From positions 306,295 to 370,294 of the forward strand of contig JBILHA010000002.1 of assembly GCA_044350705.1 (NCBI GenBank): DNA of 64,000 nt, read 5' to 3'. Both the position numbers and the translations under genes were made by a program. Positions 40,145 through 49,362 of this stretch are shown in pieces. The DNA is from Candidatus Kapaibacterium sp. (GTDB taxonomy: Bacteria; Patescibacteriota; Patescibacteriia; UBA9934). The stretch's first letter is position 1. Each line of letters starts with the position of its first letter. A model generated the notes under the pieces. It saw only the letters and a program-made list of their open reading frames with translations. It did not search any database and was not told the DNA's origin.

Positions 40145-40873
40145 TTATGAATGAAGCTTATCATGCCCTCTCTTTCGTTTCATCCACGTTTGTTTTTCTT
40201 GAGTATCGAGACGTTCGATGGAGTAGCGAAGCATGGTGCGTGGCATGCGGTCGATGTGTTTTTTGAGAAAACTCCGGAGGATATCTTCGTCTTTTTTTCC
40301 TACTTCGCGAAGCATCCAGCCGCATGCTTTGTGCATGAGGTCGTGGGTCTCGGTGAGGAAGATTTCGCAGATTTGAAGCGTATCTTTGCAGTCATTTTGG
40401 CGAATGAAATAAAAGGTTGCAATGATCGCAACACGCTTCTTCCAGAGATTTTTTGATGCCGCCAAGGAATAGAGATCTTTACGATCTCTTTTTTCAAGAT
40501 GCATTCCCACGATGTAAGCTGCGCTTGTATCCACGAGATCCCAGTTATTGATGCCTTTTCCACTTTGTTTTAGATAAAGCGTGTAGATTTTTTCTCGTTC
40601 TTTTTCATCTCGTTTTTTGTAGCGATTTACAAGAAGAATGACTGCAAGGAGTCGTTCTTCATGCCAGGGAGACGCAAGAAGTATTTCTATTTCATTCAAA
40701 GAGAGCTTTTCGCATTGTTTTGTAAAGAGACGAGTAGCTGGGACGGTAATACCAAGGAATTTATCCCCTTCCCCGTATTCTCCTTTTTTTGTTTTAAAAA
40801 AACGTGCATTTGTGTTTGCACGATCTTCATTTCCTAATTTTCGAAATTCGTTTTGTATTTCCTGAAGAGTCAT
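40145..40873 (-). CDS. DNA alkylation repair protein (AlkD family)
   Basis: GEGDKFLGI.VP, NNWDLVD, KACGWMLRE. Confidence 0.93.
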   Translation of the reverse strand: MTLQEIQNEFRKLGNEDRANTNARFFKTKKGEYGEGDKFLGITVPATRLFTKQCEKLSLNEIEILLASPWHEERLLAVILLVNRYKKRDEKEREKIYTLYLKQSGKGINNWDLVDTSAAYIVGMHLEKRDRKDLYSLAASKNLWKKRVAIIATFYFIRQNDCKDTLQICEIFLTETHDLMHKACGWMLREVGKKDEDILRSFLKKHIDRMPRTMLRYSIERLDTQEKQTWMKRKRGHDKLHS

Positions 40874-41094
40874 ATTTCTTGAATTTCGATGAGTTTTTTC
40901 TTTCCTGTAATTCCCTGTTTTATTTTAATATGCGATTGGGGAACTTTGAAAAATTGAGCAAGCGCCTGTACTACGGCTTCATTTGCCTTGCCGTCTTGAG
41001 GTGGTGATTTTACCTGTACGAGTAGCTTTCCTGATAAAGGCATGATAACCATTGTTTTCTTTGCATTAGGTTTTACCGTTACCATGTATTTCAT
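40870..41094 (-). CDS. DUF167 (YggU) family protein
   Basis: VKPNAK, PP.DGKAN. Confidence 0.9.
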   Translation of the reverse strand: MKYMVTVKPNAKKTMVIMPLSGKLLVQVKSPPQDGKANEAVVQALAQFFKVPQSHIKIKQGITGKKKLIEIQEI

Positions 41095-41183
41095 ATGTGA
41101 TGTAAAATGGACGGATTTTCTTTCCATGCGCCTTTTTGATCATGTTCCAAGATGATTTCATGATGGCAACGTGATTCAAAGTT

Positions 41184-42032
41184 TTATCCACGATATTTCT
41201 TAAGAAGTGCTATGTCTTCCTCGCGACTCCCCTTTTCTTCTTCACCGGTAAAGGGGGTTTCGAGAATAAGGTCGATGTGTTGGAGTTTTGGGTGTTCGAC
41301 GATGTATTTAAAGGCATCGACGCCAATGAATCCATGACCGAGATGTTGATGGCGGTCTTTGTGAGCTTCGAACTCTACTTTGGAATCGTTACAGTGACTT
41401 GCGACGAGTTTTTTTAGGCCTACCGTATCGTCAAAAGCTTTAAAGGTTGCGTCGACGGCTTCTTTGGTTCGCAGATCGTAGCCTGAAGCAAAGGCATGTT
41501 GCGTATCAAAACAAACGCCAATTTCTTTTCCTCGCTCGGCTTTATTTAGGAATTCAGCAATTTCTTCAAATTGGTCTCCCATCACCTCTCCTGCTCCCGC
41601 TGAGATCTCAATGAGTAATTGACAGGTACCTTCGTAGCCGTCCATGATGCGGTCGAGGCCTTTGACAACCATGCTTATTCCTTCTTCGCGTCCCACCTCT
41701 TTTGCTGATCCCGGATGGAACATGATGGCTTTGGCGCCGAGTTGTGTTCCGCGTTCAAGTTCTTCGCGAAGGATTTTTACTGACCCGAAGCGGGTGGTAT
41801 TTTTTGCTGAGGCGAGATTGATGATATAGGGGGCGTGAATATAGACATCGTGAATGTCGTTCTCCTTCATGGATACTTTGAATTTCTCTGCATCCTCGTC
41901 GGTGATGGGTTTTGCGGCAAATGTTTGCGGGGAGCGTGAAAAGATTTGGATGACTTCACATCCGAGTTCTTTTCCTGCCTTTCCTGCTTTCCACAGGCCT
42001 CCTGCTGCTGAAACGTGGGCGCCAAATCGCAT
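41184..42032 (-). CDS. nfo: endonuclease IV
   Basis: GAHVS, HAPY, HPG, CFDTQH, H.NDSK, DRH, ETP. Confidence 0.96.
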   Translation of the reverse strand: MRFGAHVSAAGGLWKAGKAGKELGCEVIQIFSRSPQTFAAKPITDEDAEKFKVSMKENDIHDVYIHAPYIINLASAKNTTRFGSVKILREELERGTQLGAKAIMFHPGSAKEVGREEGISMVVKGLDRIMDGYEGTCQLLIEISAGAGEVMGDQFEEIAEFLNKAERGKEIGVCFDTQHAFASGYDLRTKEAVDATFKAFDDTVGLKKLVASHCNDSKVEFEAHKDRHQHLGHGFIGVDAFKYIVEHPKLQHIDLILETPFTGEEEKGSREEDIALLKKYRG

Positions 42033-42034
42033 AA

Positions 42035-42586
42035 TTACGTGATATGAAGGTGTTTTTTTATTTCTGTGAGCATTTTTTCTCCTTTGAATTTATTGACGGT
42101 GCTCATGAGTATTTCTTCTCCTTTGGGATGCTTGAGTACGATGAATGTTGTTGTATTGTCCGCTCCTCCGTAGGTCATCTCCAGTCTCATCTCATCAAAG
42201 GTTGTTAGTTTTTCTTCTTGGAGTCCTTGTTGTTTTATAACGGTTTTTTGTGCGGCATCGAGGATGATCAGGGTGTCGTTGGGATGAATACCTCCTTGCT
42301 CTTTGCGGATATCTTGAGCTACCTTCCCTTTATAGAGCATGATTGCTCCTATCACTGCGAGAAGAAGTGGAAGGATATTTCCGGGGGATAGTGCTAGTCC
42401 TTCCTCGGCATACTTGCTTATGGTGTATATGCCGATGAGTTGATATGCTCCTAGCCCGAACATGACCGCTCCAAAAATAAGTGCAAAGACTGAATCAGCG
42501 GGACGTACTCGATGAGCAATGAGAGAATTGCCGTTTTTATAAAGTCCTGGGCGGATTTTTTCCCAGCCGATCATGCTTTGGATCAT
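42035..42586 (-). CDS. hypothetical membrane protein
   Basis: Two TM segments; TACAAT -10 just upstream of ATG. Confidence 0.7.
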   Translation of the reverse strand: MIQSMIGWEKIRPGLYKNGNSLIAHRVRPADSVFALIFGAVMFGLGAYQLIGIYTISKYAEEGLALSPGNILPLLLAVIGAIMLYKGKVAQDIRKEQGGIHPNDTLIILDAAQKTVIKQQGLQEEKLTTFDEMRLEMTYGGADNTTTFIVLKHPKGEEILMSTVNKFKGEKMLTEIKKHLHIT

Positions 42587-42635
42587 ATGGGCGCATTGTA
42601 ACAAACCCCTCGGAAGGGATGCCGAGGGGTTTGCA

Positions 42636-43925
42636 TTATTTCACCATGGTTTTCTTGAGGAAGTCGATTATCTTGCGGTTTACCAACTGGTTTTCGATAC
42701 GATCGCGGTATTGGGGGGAGTATACGCGTTCTTTTGCTTCCGGATCTTTTGCGACCATTTCTGCAATACGATCGAGTTCTGCATCTACTTCTTTTTCATC
42801 GACTCCAATCTTTTCCTTTTTTGCGATTTCTTTAATGACCAACGCAACTTTGATGCGAGTAATAGCTTGTGGGGTGAAATCAAGCTTCATGTCCGTAATG
42901 GATTTTCCAATGGATTTGAGATATTCATTAAATTCCATGCCATTGTCCGTTACCCATACACGAAGTTCTTGGATCATTTTATCTATTTCTTGATTTACCA
43001 AAATTTCGTTGATTTCTTCGAAAGATGACTTTTCTGCAATAAGCTCAAGAACTGCTTTTTCCTGGCGACGATCTTCTTCGTTTTTTCGTTCTTGGCTCAG
43101 GTTTTCCTTCAATTTTCCTTCCAGTTTTGTCGCACTTTCCATGCCAAGTGCTTTTGCAAAAGCGTCATCGAGTTCTGGGGTTTCAACTGCGAAGATCTCG
43201 TTGAGTTTTACTGAAAACTCTACGTCGCTTCCTGCGAGGTGTTTTTGGTAGTGATCCTCAGGGAATTTAAGGGTGAATGTGCGTTCGTCCCCTTCTGCGG
43301 CACCGAGCATTGCTTCAACGAAGCCGGGAATGTAATGGGGCTCATTGGTGTAGATGCCGTGATTTTTTGCATCTCCCCCCTCGATCGTCACGCCATCTTT
43401 TTTCATGGAGAGATCTACGACTGCCTTGTGTCCTTTTTCTAGTTTTGTTCCGTTTTCTGCACGCACTTCGGTTTGGCGCATGCGCTGCAAGTCGCGTTTT
43501 GCCTGCGCAAAGAGTTCCTCAGAAGGTTCGGTACTTTCTGCATTTACGGTAAGTGCGTTGTAATCGGCGAGTTTGGTTACTGCTGGCATGAGTGCGATTT
43601 CTGCGGTGAAGACGAGATCGTTGTCAGGTGCCATTTTTTCTACCGTAAAATAGGGAGATCCTACGATATCGAGATCTTCCGCGATGAGTGCTTCGGTTAG
43701 TGCGGCACGAATAAGTTCTTCGGCGGCATGTTCAAGGAGCGCCATTTCGCCCAGTTTTGCTTTTACCGCTGCATAAGGCGCGTGTCCCTTGCGGAATCCC
43801 GGGATTGTCACGTTTTCTCCCATGTGTTCTGCGGCGTGCTGCATTCCTGCTTCAACTTGTTCCTTGGGAATGGTGATGTGAATTTTTACGGACTGCTTCT
43901 CTGTTTTTTCAATAGTGTATGACAT
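42636..43925 (-). CDS. tig: trigger factor
   Basis: IPGFRKGHAP, YIPGF, FPEDH, PELDDAFA. Confidence 0.97.
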   Translation of the reverse strand: MSYTIEKTEKQSVKIHITIPKEQVEAGMQHAAEHMGENVTIPGFRKGHAPYAAVKAKLGEMALLEHAAEELIRAALTEALIAEDLDIVGSPYFTVEKMAPDNDLVFTAEIALMPAVTKLADYNALTVNAESTEPSEELFAQAKRDLQRMRQTEVRAENGTKLEKGHKAVVDLSMKKDGVTIEGGDAKNHGIYTNEPHYIPGFVEAMLGAAEGDERTFTLKFPEDHYQKHLAGSDVEFSVKLNEIFAVETPELDDAFAKALGMESATKLEGKLKENLSQERKNEEDRRQEKAVLELIAEKSSFEEINEILVNQEIDKMIQELRVWVTDNGMEFNEYLKSIGKSITDMKLDFTPQAITRIKVALVIKEIAKKEKIGVDEKEVDAELDRIAEMVAKDPEAKERVYSPQYRDRIENQLVNRKIIDFLKKTMVK

Positions 43926-44091
43926 AGTGAGGTCAAAAGAGGGTGAAGAAGAGAACGGATAACATGTTTTTTATGAGACTGCGGGAGTATACGGGAGCTT
44001 TTCCGGGCAGTCAAAGTCTTTGGCTAAGGTTTGCTCTTTTTTCCTCTTTTTTCTTGTGAGTTGCGCGAAAACGGGGTATACTCTTTCCCGT

Positions 44092-45504
44092 ATGCCCTCT
44101 CGTCCGTCACTTGCGGTACGTCTAGGACTTTTCTTGGTGCGCACACTTCTTTTCTTTAAAGCAGCGCTTCTTCGCTTTTTCCAGGCGCTTATTCCTTTTT
44201 TTCGACGAGTAGGAAAGCTTTTTTTTAAGCTTCTTGTTCCGGGTTATCGCGTGTTCTTTTTTGCAAGACGCAACATGAGCGCCGTATATCGGCCGGTCAA
44301 GAATAGGCTCATGTATATTGTCAGCAACCGGTATTCTTTTTATGTGCTTGTTGTCCTTATTGCAGTTATTGGGGGTGTGACGAATATTCAGGTGAACGCC
44401 GTACGTGCTGAAGTAGATGAGATTGGCCAGCGGAGTATTTTATACGCCCTTGCGACGAATGAGCGCATGGAGTTTGTAGAAGAATACAGCGATCCTAAAG
44501 ATGCTCGTTCCTATGTTGTCTCCTCTCCTTCTCAGGAAGGGGGTGTTCTTGCGGGATCATTTGTACAGAGTACTCATGACACGCTTGCGCTTGAAAGTTC
44601 TCCTGGTCTGTTTAGGGCTGATGGGGCGTTTGCACTGAGTGATCCTGGCGCTCCAGGTGAAGACCCATCATCGCCTGCCTCTTCTCTTGTTGCTGCATCT
44701 CCTGCTCGTACTGAGATTACTACGTATGCTGTAGAAAGTGGAGATACGCTCTCTACTATCGCAGAGAAGTTTGATATTAATTTGAATACGCTTCTTTGGG
44801 CGAATAATCTTACCGTTCGTTCAGTGTTGAAGCCGGGTCAAGAGCTCACGATTTTACCGGTTTCAGGGGTGGTACACACGGTGAAGAGCGGAGATACGCT
44901 TTTGGCTATTGCGAAGAAGTACAATGTTGATTCCTCAACGATTGCTTCTTATAACAATTTTGACGATGGTGGGTCGCTCCAAATTGGACAGCGATTTATT
45001 ATTCCTGGAGGTGTCATTACGGCAACCACTCCCCGTACTACTACTGCTACCGTTGCTGTAAAAGATATCTTTACGTCAGCTCCTTCGGGAAGTCAGGGGA
45101 GCACGACGCCTTCCGCAGGTGCGTCCATGGTATGGCCTACAGATTTGCCTACTTTAGTGCGCGGAATGAGTTGGTTCCATACTGGATATGATATTGACTG
45201 TAATGGTCGCGCGAATGGAACTTCTACCAATGACAACTATGCTGCTGATGGAGGGGTGGTACTTTTCGCGGGTTCAAAGCGAGGATATGGGAATACGGTG
45301 GAGATTGATCACGGAAATGGACTCATCACTCGGTATGGACATTTCTACTCTCTCTATGTGGAGTCTGGCCAGACAGTAAGTGCCGGTGACCCGCTTGGAA
45401 GATGTGGATCGACGGGAAATTCTACCGGTACTCACCTTCACTTTGAGGTCATCGATTCTTCTACAAAGAAATTCCTCAACCCTGCAAATTATATTCGTTA
45501 CTAA
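44092..45504 (+). CDS. LysM / M23 peptidase
   Basis: Two LysM repeats (GDTL..IA.K); H.G.D, YGH, HLHFE. Confidence 0.94.
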   Translation: MPSRPSLAVRLGLFLVRTLLFFKAALLRFFQALIPFFRRVGKLFFKLLVPGYRVFFFARRNMSAVYRPVKNRLMYIVSNRYSFYVLVVLIAVIGGVTNIQVNAVRAEVDEIGQRSILYALATNERMEFVEEYSDPKDARSYVVSSPSQEGGVLAGSFVQSTHDTLALESSPGLFRADGAFALSDPGAPGEDPSSPASSLVAASPARTEITTYAVESGDTLSTIAEKFDINLNTLLWANNLTVRSVLKPGQELTILPVSGVVHTVKSGDTLLAIAKKYNVDSSTIASYNNFDDGGSLQIGQRFIIPGGVITATTPRTTTATVAVKDIFTSAPSGSQGSTTPSAGASMVWPTDLPTLVRGMSWFHTGYDIDCNGRANGTSTNDNYAADGGVVLFAGSKRGYGNTVEIDHGNGLITRYGHFYSLYVESGQTVSAGDPLGRCGSTGNSTGTHLHFEVIDSSTKKFLNPANYIRY

Positions 45505-47003
45505 GTACGTATAAGAAGCCTTGAGCGATAGCTCAGGGCTTCGCTTATATGTTCTGCGGTTACGTTTTCTTTATTCTCCAAGTCGGCGATGGTTCTGCTT
45601 ACCCGCAAGAGTCGTGCATATCCTCTTCCTGAGAGTTGAAAGCGATCTATGGCTTTTGCAGCAAGTTCTTTTGCGCTTGCGTCGAGGTTTGCGAGCTTTT
45701 CATAGAGTACTAAGTTATTTTGTGTTGTTTGGAATCGATGGTGTTGTTTTTCCCGTATGCAGGAAAGGTGTTCCTTGGTTGGCCAAGGTGTTAGGGGTTC
45801 GTTTTGCACAAGTTCATCTGCAGGGATACGGGGAAGATCAATGAAGATATCTATTCGGTCGAGAAGTGGCCCTGAAATACGTTCTTGATAGCGTTTCATT
45901 TTTCTTTGATCGCAGATACATGCTTTTGCGGGATCATTGAAATATCCGCAAGGACAAGGATTCATAGCGCAGATAAGGTGTACATTTGCGGGAAAGCAAG
46001 CGTGCCCGGATGCTCGGGCGATGTGAACCTCCTTCGCCTCTAATGGCTCACGTAAAGCTTCAAGCGATTTTTGGGGAAACTCTGGAAGTTCATCGAGGAA
46101 GAGGATGCCGTAGTGCGCGAGGCTTATTTCACCTGGAGTAATGGAGGCTCCCCCTCCAATGAGTGCAGCGGCGCTGGTGTGGTGATGTGGAGCGCGAAAG
46201 GGACGTGCGTAAGAGAGTCCGTATACCTTTTCTTTGTGAAGCGATCTTATTGAAGCTAGTTCGATCGCTTCTTCGAAAGAGAGCGGAGGAAGGAGGTGTT
46301 GGGCGGTTTTTGCAAGGAGTGTTTTTCCGCTGCCGGGAGGTCCGATGAAAAGGGTTGGATGCATTCCGGCGCATGCGATCAGCAGCGCGCGCTTGGCCAG
46401 ATGATGCCCGCGAATTGCGTGAAGAGGGTGAGAAGATGATTCGTTTTCTTGCGAAATGATGGGTTGTGAGGATTTTTTGAAAGGAAGTGTTTTTTGAGAA
46501 ATGAGGGCAATGAGTTCTTTGAGATTGCTGCATGCATGTACGGAGATGTTTGGAATGACTTCGAGGATACGTGCATCATCTGGAGCAACGATGATATGTT
46601 GAATGCCTTTCTTTTTTGCGTAAAGCGCAAGAGGAATGCTTCCTCGTACTGGCCGAAGTTCTCCAGATAAGCCTAGTTCTGCACAGATTAATATCTTATC
46701 GAGGTGGGCTGTGATGATTTGTTCTTCTGCGGCAAGAAGCGCTAATGCAATCGCCGCATCATGATGTGACCCCTGCTTTCTTTCATGTGCTGGTGCGAGA
46801 TTTACGGTAATGACGGTTTTTGGAAGAGCGTAGCCGCTGTTTTGGAGTGCGGATCGTATTCGTTCTTTTGATTCTTGTACGGCAGCGTCGGGTAATCCGA
46901 CAATTGAGAAACGGGGAAGGCCGAAAGAAATATCCACTTCGATTTGTACTGGTTGTCCTTCTATTCCTTGAATTGTTGCGCTTGATAAAGAAAAAAATCC
47001 CAT
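45501..47003 (-). CDS. comM: YifB/ComM Mg-chelatase-like AAA+ ATPase
   Basis: VGLPDAAVQES, GPPGSGKT, LFLDELPEF, NPCPCG, SGPLLDRID. Confidence 0.93.
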   Translation of the reverse strand: MGFFSLSSATIQGIEGQPVQIEVDISFGLPRFSIVGLPDAAVQESKERIRSALQNSGYALPKTVITVNLAPAHERKQGSHHDAAIALALLAAEEQIITAHLDKILICAELGLSGELRPVRGSIPLALYAKKKGIQHIIVAPDDARILEVIPNISVHACSNLKELIALISQKTLPFKKSSQPIISQENESSSHPLHAIRGHHLAKRALLIACAGMHPTLFIGPPGSGKTLLAKTAQHLLPPLSFEEAIELASIRSLHKEKVYGLSYARPFRAPHHHTSAAALIGGGASITPGEISLAHYGILFLDELPEFPQKSLEALREPLEAKEVHIARASGHACFPANVHLICAMNPCPCGYFNDPAKACICDQRKMKRYQERISGPLLDRIDIFIDLPRIPADELVQNEPLTPWPTKEHLSCIREKQHHRFQTTQNNLVLYEKLANLDASAKELAAKAIDRFQLSGRGYARLLRVSRTIADLENKENVTAEHISEALSYRSRLLIRT

Positions 47004-47047
47004 ACATGATGGGGAGTATAGGAGGGCGAATGAGGCGAGGAAGGGTT

Positions 47048-47548
47048 TTATGTGTTTTGGTTTGCTGAAACCTCCTCTTGTCTGTCTGCTTGTTGATAGT
47101 ACCACGCGCAATATCCGATGCCGGTGATAATCAGGAGATCGGCAATATTTATTGCAGATCGTGAAAAGAGAATGAAGTAATCGGTTGTGTATCCTGTGAG
47201 GAGGCGATCAAAGAAATTACTTCCTGCTCCAACGATTGCTGCCGTGAGTGCTATTTTTAGCGTTTGATTTTTTACTGTTATCCAGGAGTATATAAATGCA
47301 ATGATGAGTCCCCCGGTAATGATTAGTGTAAGGGTTTGTGGGAGGGGGATGCTAAATGCAATACCTGGATTTGCAAAGTATGCGAGCGTGAGAAATGAAG
47401 TATTTACCGATGGAAGATTTCCTTGCAGCGCAAAAAGCTTCATGAGGATATCTGCACAGGCAAAAAAAAGGACGCATCCATAAAGAATGCGTTCATTTTT
47501 TTTTGAGAGGTTAGACCTCTTGTGTGAGGGTTCGTTTGCAGGCAACAC
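47048..47548 (-). CDS. lspA: lipoprotein signal peptidase II (start uncertain)
   Basis: D..K, NPGIAFS, GA.SN.FDR, NIAD. Confidence 0.88.
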   Translation of the reverse strand: MLPANEPSHKRSNLSKKNERILYGCVLFFACADILMKLFALQGNLPSVNTSFLTLAYFANPGIAFSIPLPQTLTLIITGGLIIAFIYSWITVKNQTLKIALTAAIVGAGSNFFDRLLTGYTTDYFILFSRSAINIADLLIITGIGYCAWYYQQADRQEEVSANQNT

Positions 47549-47888
47549 ACGATGTTGAGGTTGGTCGAATGCGAAGACGTGCTTCGTCGATAGACTGCTT
47601 ACAGTATTTGCACATTCCGTATTCGCCTTTTTCGAGCGCTTTGAGCGCTCCTTCTACGTCTTTTAATGCGCGGTTAATTTCCTCTTCCAGGGAAAGATCG
47701 TCTCCAAGCTGGGCGATGCGTTCTGCGCTTTCTCCTTCATCTGCGCCGACGTCGCTCATTGCTTCCTCGGCTTTTGCGGGGTCGCGGTGCGAAAAGCTGG
47801 CGAGCTCTTTTTCGAGGCGTTCACGTTCCTCGATGAGGAGTGTTTTCATTTCTTCTATAAATGCTGCTGAAAGAGCTTGTTTTACCAT
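47511..47888 (-). CDS. TraR/DksA C4 zinc-finger protein
   Basis: GEYGMCKYC...RL..RP....CVAC. Confidence 0.92.
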   Translation of the reverse strand: MVKQALSAAFIEEMKTLLIEERERLEKELASFSHRDPAKAEEAMSDVGADEGESAERIAQLGDDLSLEEEINRALKDVEGALKALEKGEYGMCKYCKQSIDEARLRIRPTSTSCVACKRTLTQEV

Positions 47889-48158
47889 AGAGAGGGAGAT
47901 ATTTCTCATACAATACGTAAGAATGAAAAAAAAGAAAAGAGCATATCCTCCAAGAGAGATTGCCTATGCGGCGCGAGTCTCTTTGGGGAATGATCTTTCT
48001 TTCTGATGCGCGACAAGGGAGGAGAGATGTTGGGAGGAAAACACGAATATATCCTGTTTTTTTCACAACATATCTTCATCCTTTGTGGGCCATCGTGCGG
48101 TATCGCAAAGCCTTATGATGGGAACGTGCATTTCTTTCTTGCCGCTTTTTTCATGCAA

Positions 48159-48257
48159 ACAATCCTCATGATCTCGCTCTGCGTGCGTAGCGTGCTCGAC
48201 TTTTCATTGTCCAACACGTGTTGCCACACCAAACGGAGTTTTCGAAAGAACGATTAC
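48159..48257 (-). ncRNA. candidate rod-shaped small RNA
   Basis: Extended -10 TGTTACAAT places the start at the first base of an approximately 100-nt interrupted hairpin with several G-U pairs. Confidence 0.4.
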
Positions 48258-48276
48258 ATCAAAATTGTAACATACT

Positions 48277-49359
48277 TTATTTATTGAAAATGGTGAGGGT
48301 GTTTTCCTTTGCGAATATTTTTTTTCCAAAGTGGGCAAGAGTTTTTGGAGCGTGTTTTTTTTCGGCTGGCACTCTTTGCAATTCTGCGCTCCAGTATGGA
48401 GTCATGGATGCCCATTCCGTTGGCGCGGTGCTGATCAGCGTGTAGCCTTGTTCTGTTTTGATATACCCCACTTCTTCTCCTTTGTTTATATGGGCTGTTC
48501 TTTCTTCTTCTGGTGGGGTGAGGCTAATTACTGCGTGTGTCTGTGCAGTATATGAAATGTCATCCTCTCTCATTTTTTTTTCTTCTCCGAGAGGTACATT
48601 TCCGATGTCATAGAGTAGTGCGGTAATGAACTCGTCTGTTGTTTCTCCTTCAATAACTGTCGCAAATGCTGATTCTCCATTTTCTTGCCAGGAGAAAAAG
48701 GCCACTCCTTTTTGACGGCTGAGTAGATCGTGTGCGCCTTGCCATTGTGCAGAGAATGGTAGCGGTGTTTCTTGTGGGGTAATTGGGAGCGCACTTATCC
48801 CTTCTTTTTGGGGCCAAGGAATTTGTTCTGCGGGAGTAAGATCTTTTGGAAAGGTGATGCTTAATCCATTTTCTTGGAGCGCTACAGGAAATGTTGCTTC
48901 GTGTGCCCAGGCCCATACGGTTGGGAGCGTGAGTGGGAAGAATGCATTTTTTTGCTGCTCTTGGGTTGTTTCACAAGAAAATGCAGCATTCACGTTGTTT
49001 GCTTCCCTCCCATTTTTGCCTATCAAGGAAATGTGCATCTCCCCACTTTTATCGGTTATGACTAGCCAGGTTGGTTGTTTTTTTGTAATTAGCGTTGCGA
49101 GATTCAAGGGACATTCTTCAGAGAGCATGAGATTTTGGGTGTGGGTTGCGATCCAGAGGGTATTTTCTGGCGTCAGACGAATGGCGATTCCTGAATCTGT
49201 TGCAAAACGAGGCACGGTTATTCCTACAAAGAGTCGTTTTGCAGTGCTCCATCCTATGCATATTCCGAGAAGCAGGATCCCCAAAAACACACCGACCCGC
49301 CAGGTGAGCCGGCGGGTTGGGTGAGCGGTGTTCAGTGGGATATTTGCATTGAGGATCAC
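48277..49359 (-). CDS. hypothetical membrane-anchored protein
   Basis: 360-aa ORF directly after pnp with an N-terminal TM. Confidence 0.7.
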   Translation of the reverse strand: MILNANIPLNTAHPTRRLTWRVGVFLGILLLGICIGWSTAKRLFVGITVPRFATDSGIAIRLTPENTLWIATHTQNLMLSEECPLNLATLITKKQPTWLVITDKSGEMHISLIGKNGREANNVNAAFSCETTQEQQKNAFFPLTLPTVWAWAHEATFPVALQENGLSITFPKDLTPAEQIPWPQKEGISALPITPQETPLPFSAQWQGAHDLLSRQKGVAFFSWQENGESAFATVIEGETTDEFITALLYDIGNVPLGEEKKMREDDISYTAQTHAVISLTPPEEERTAHINKGEEVGYIKTEQGYTLISTAPTEWASMTPYWSAELQRVPAEKKHAPKTLAHFGKKIFAKENTLTIFNK

Positions 49360-49362
49360 AGG

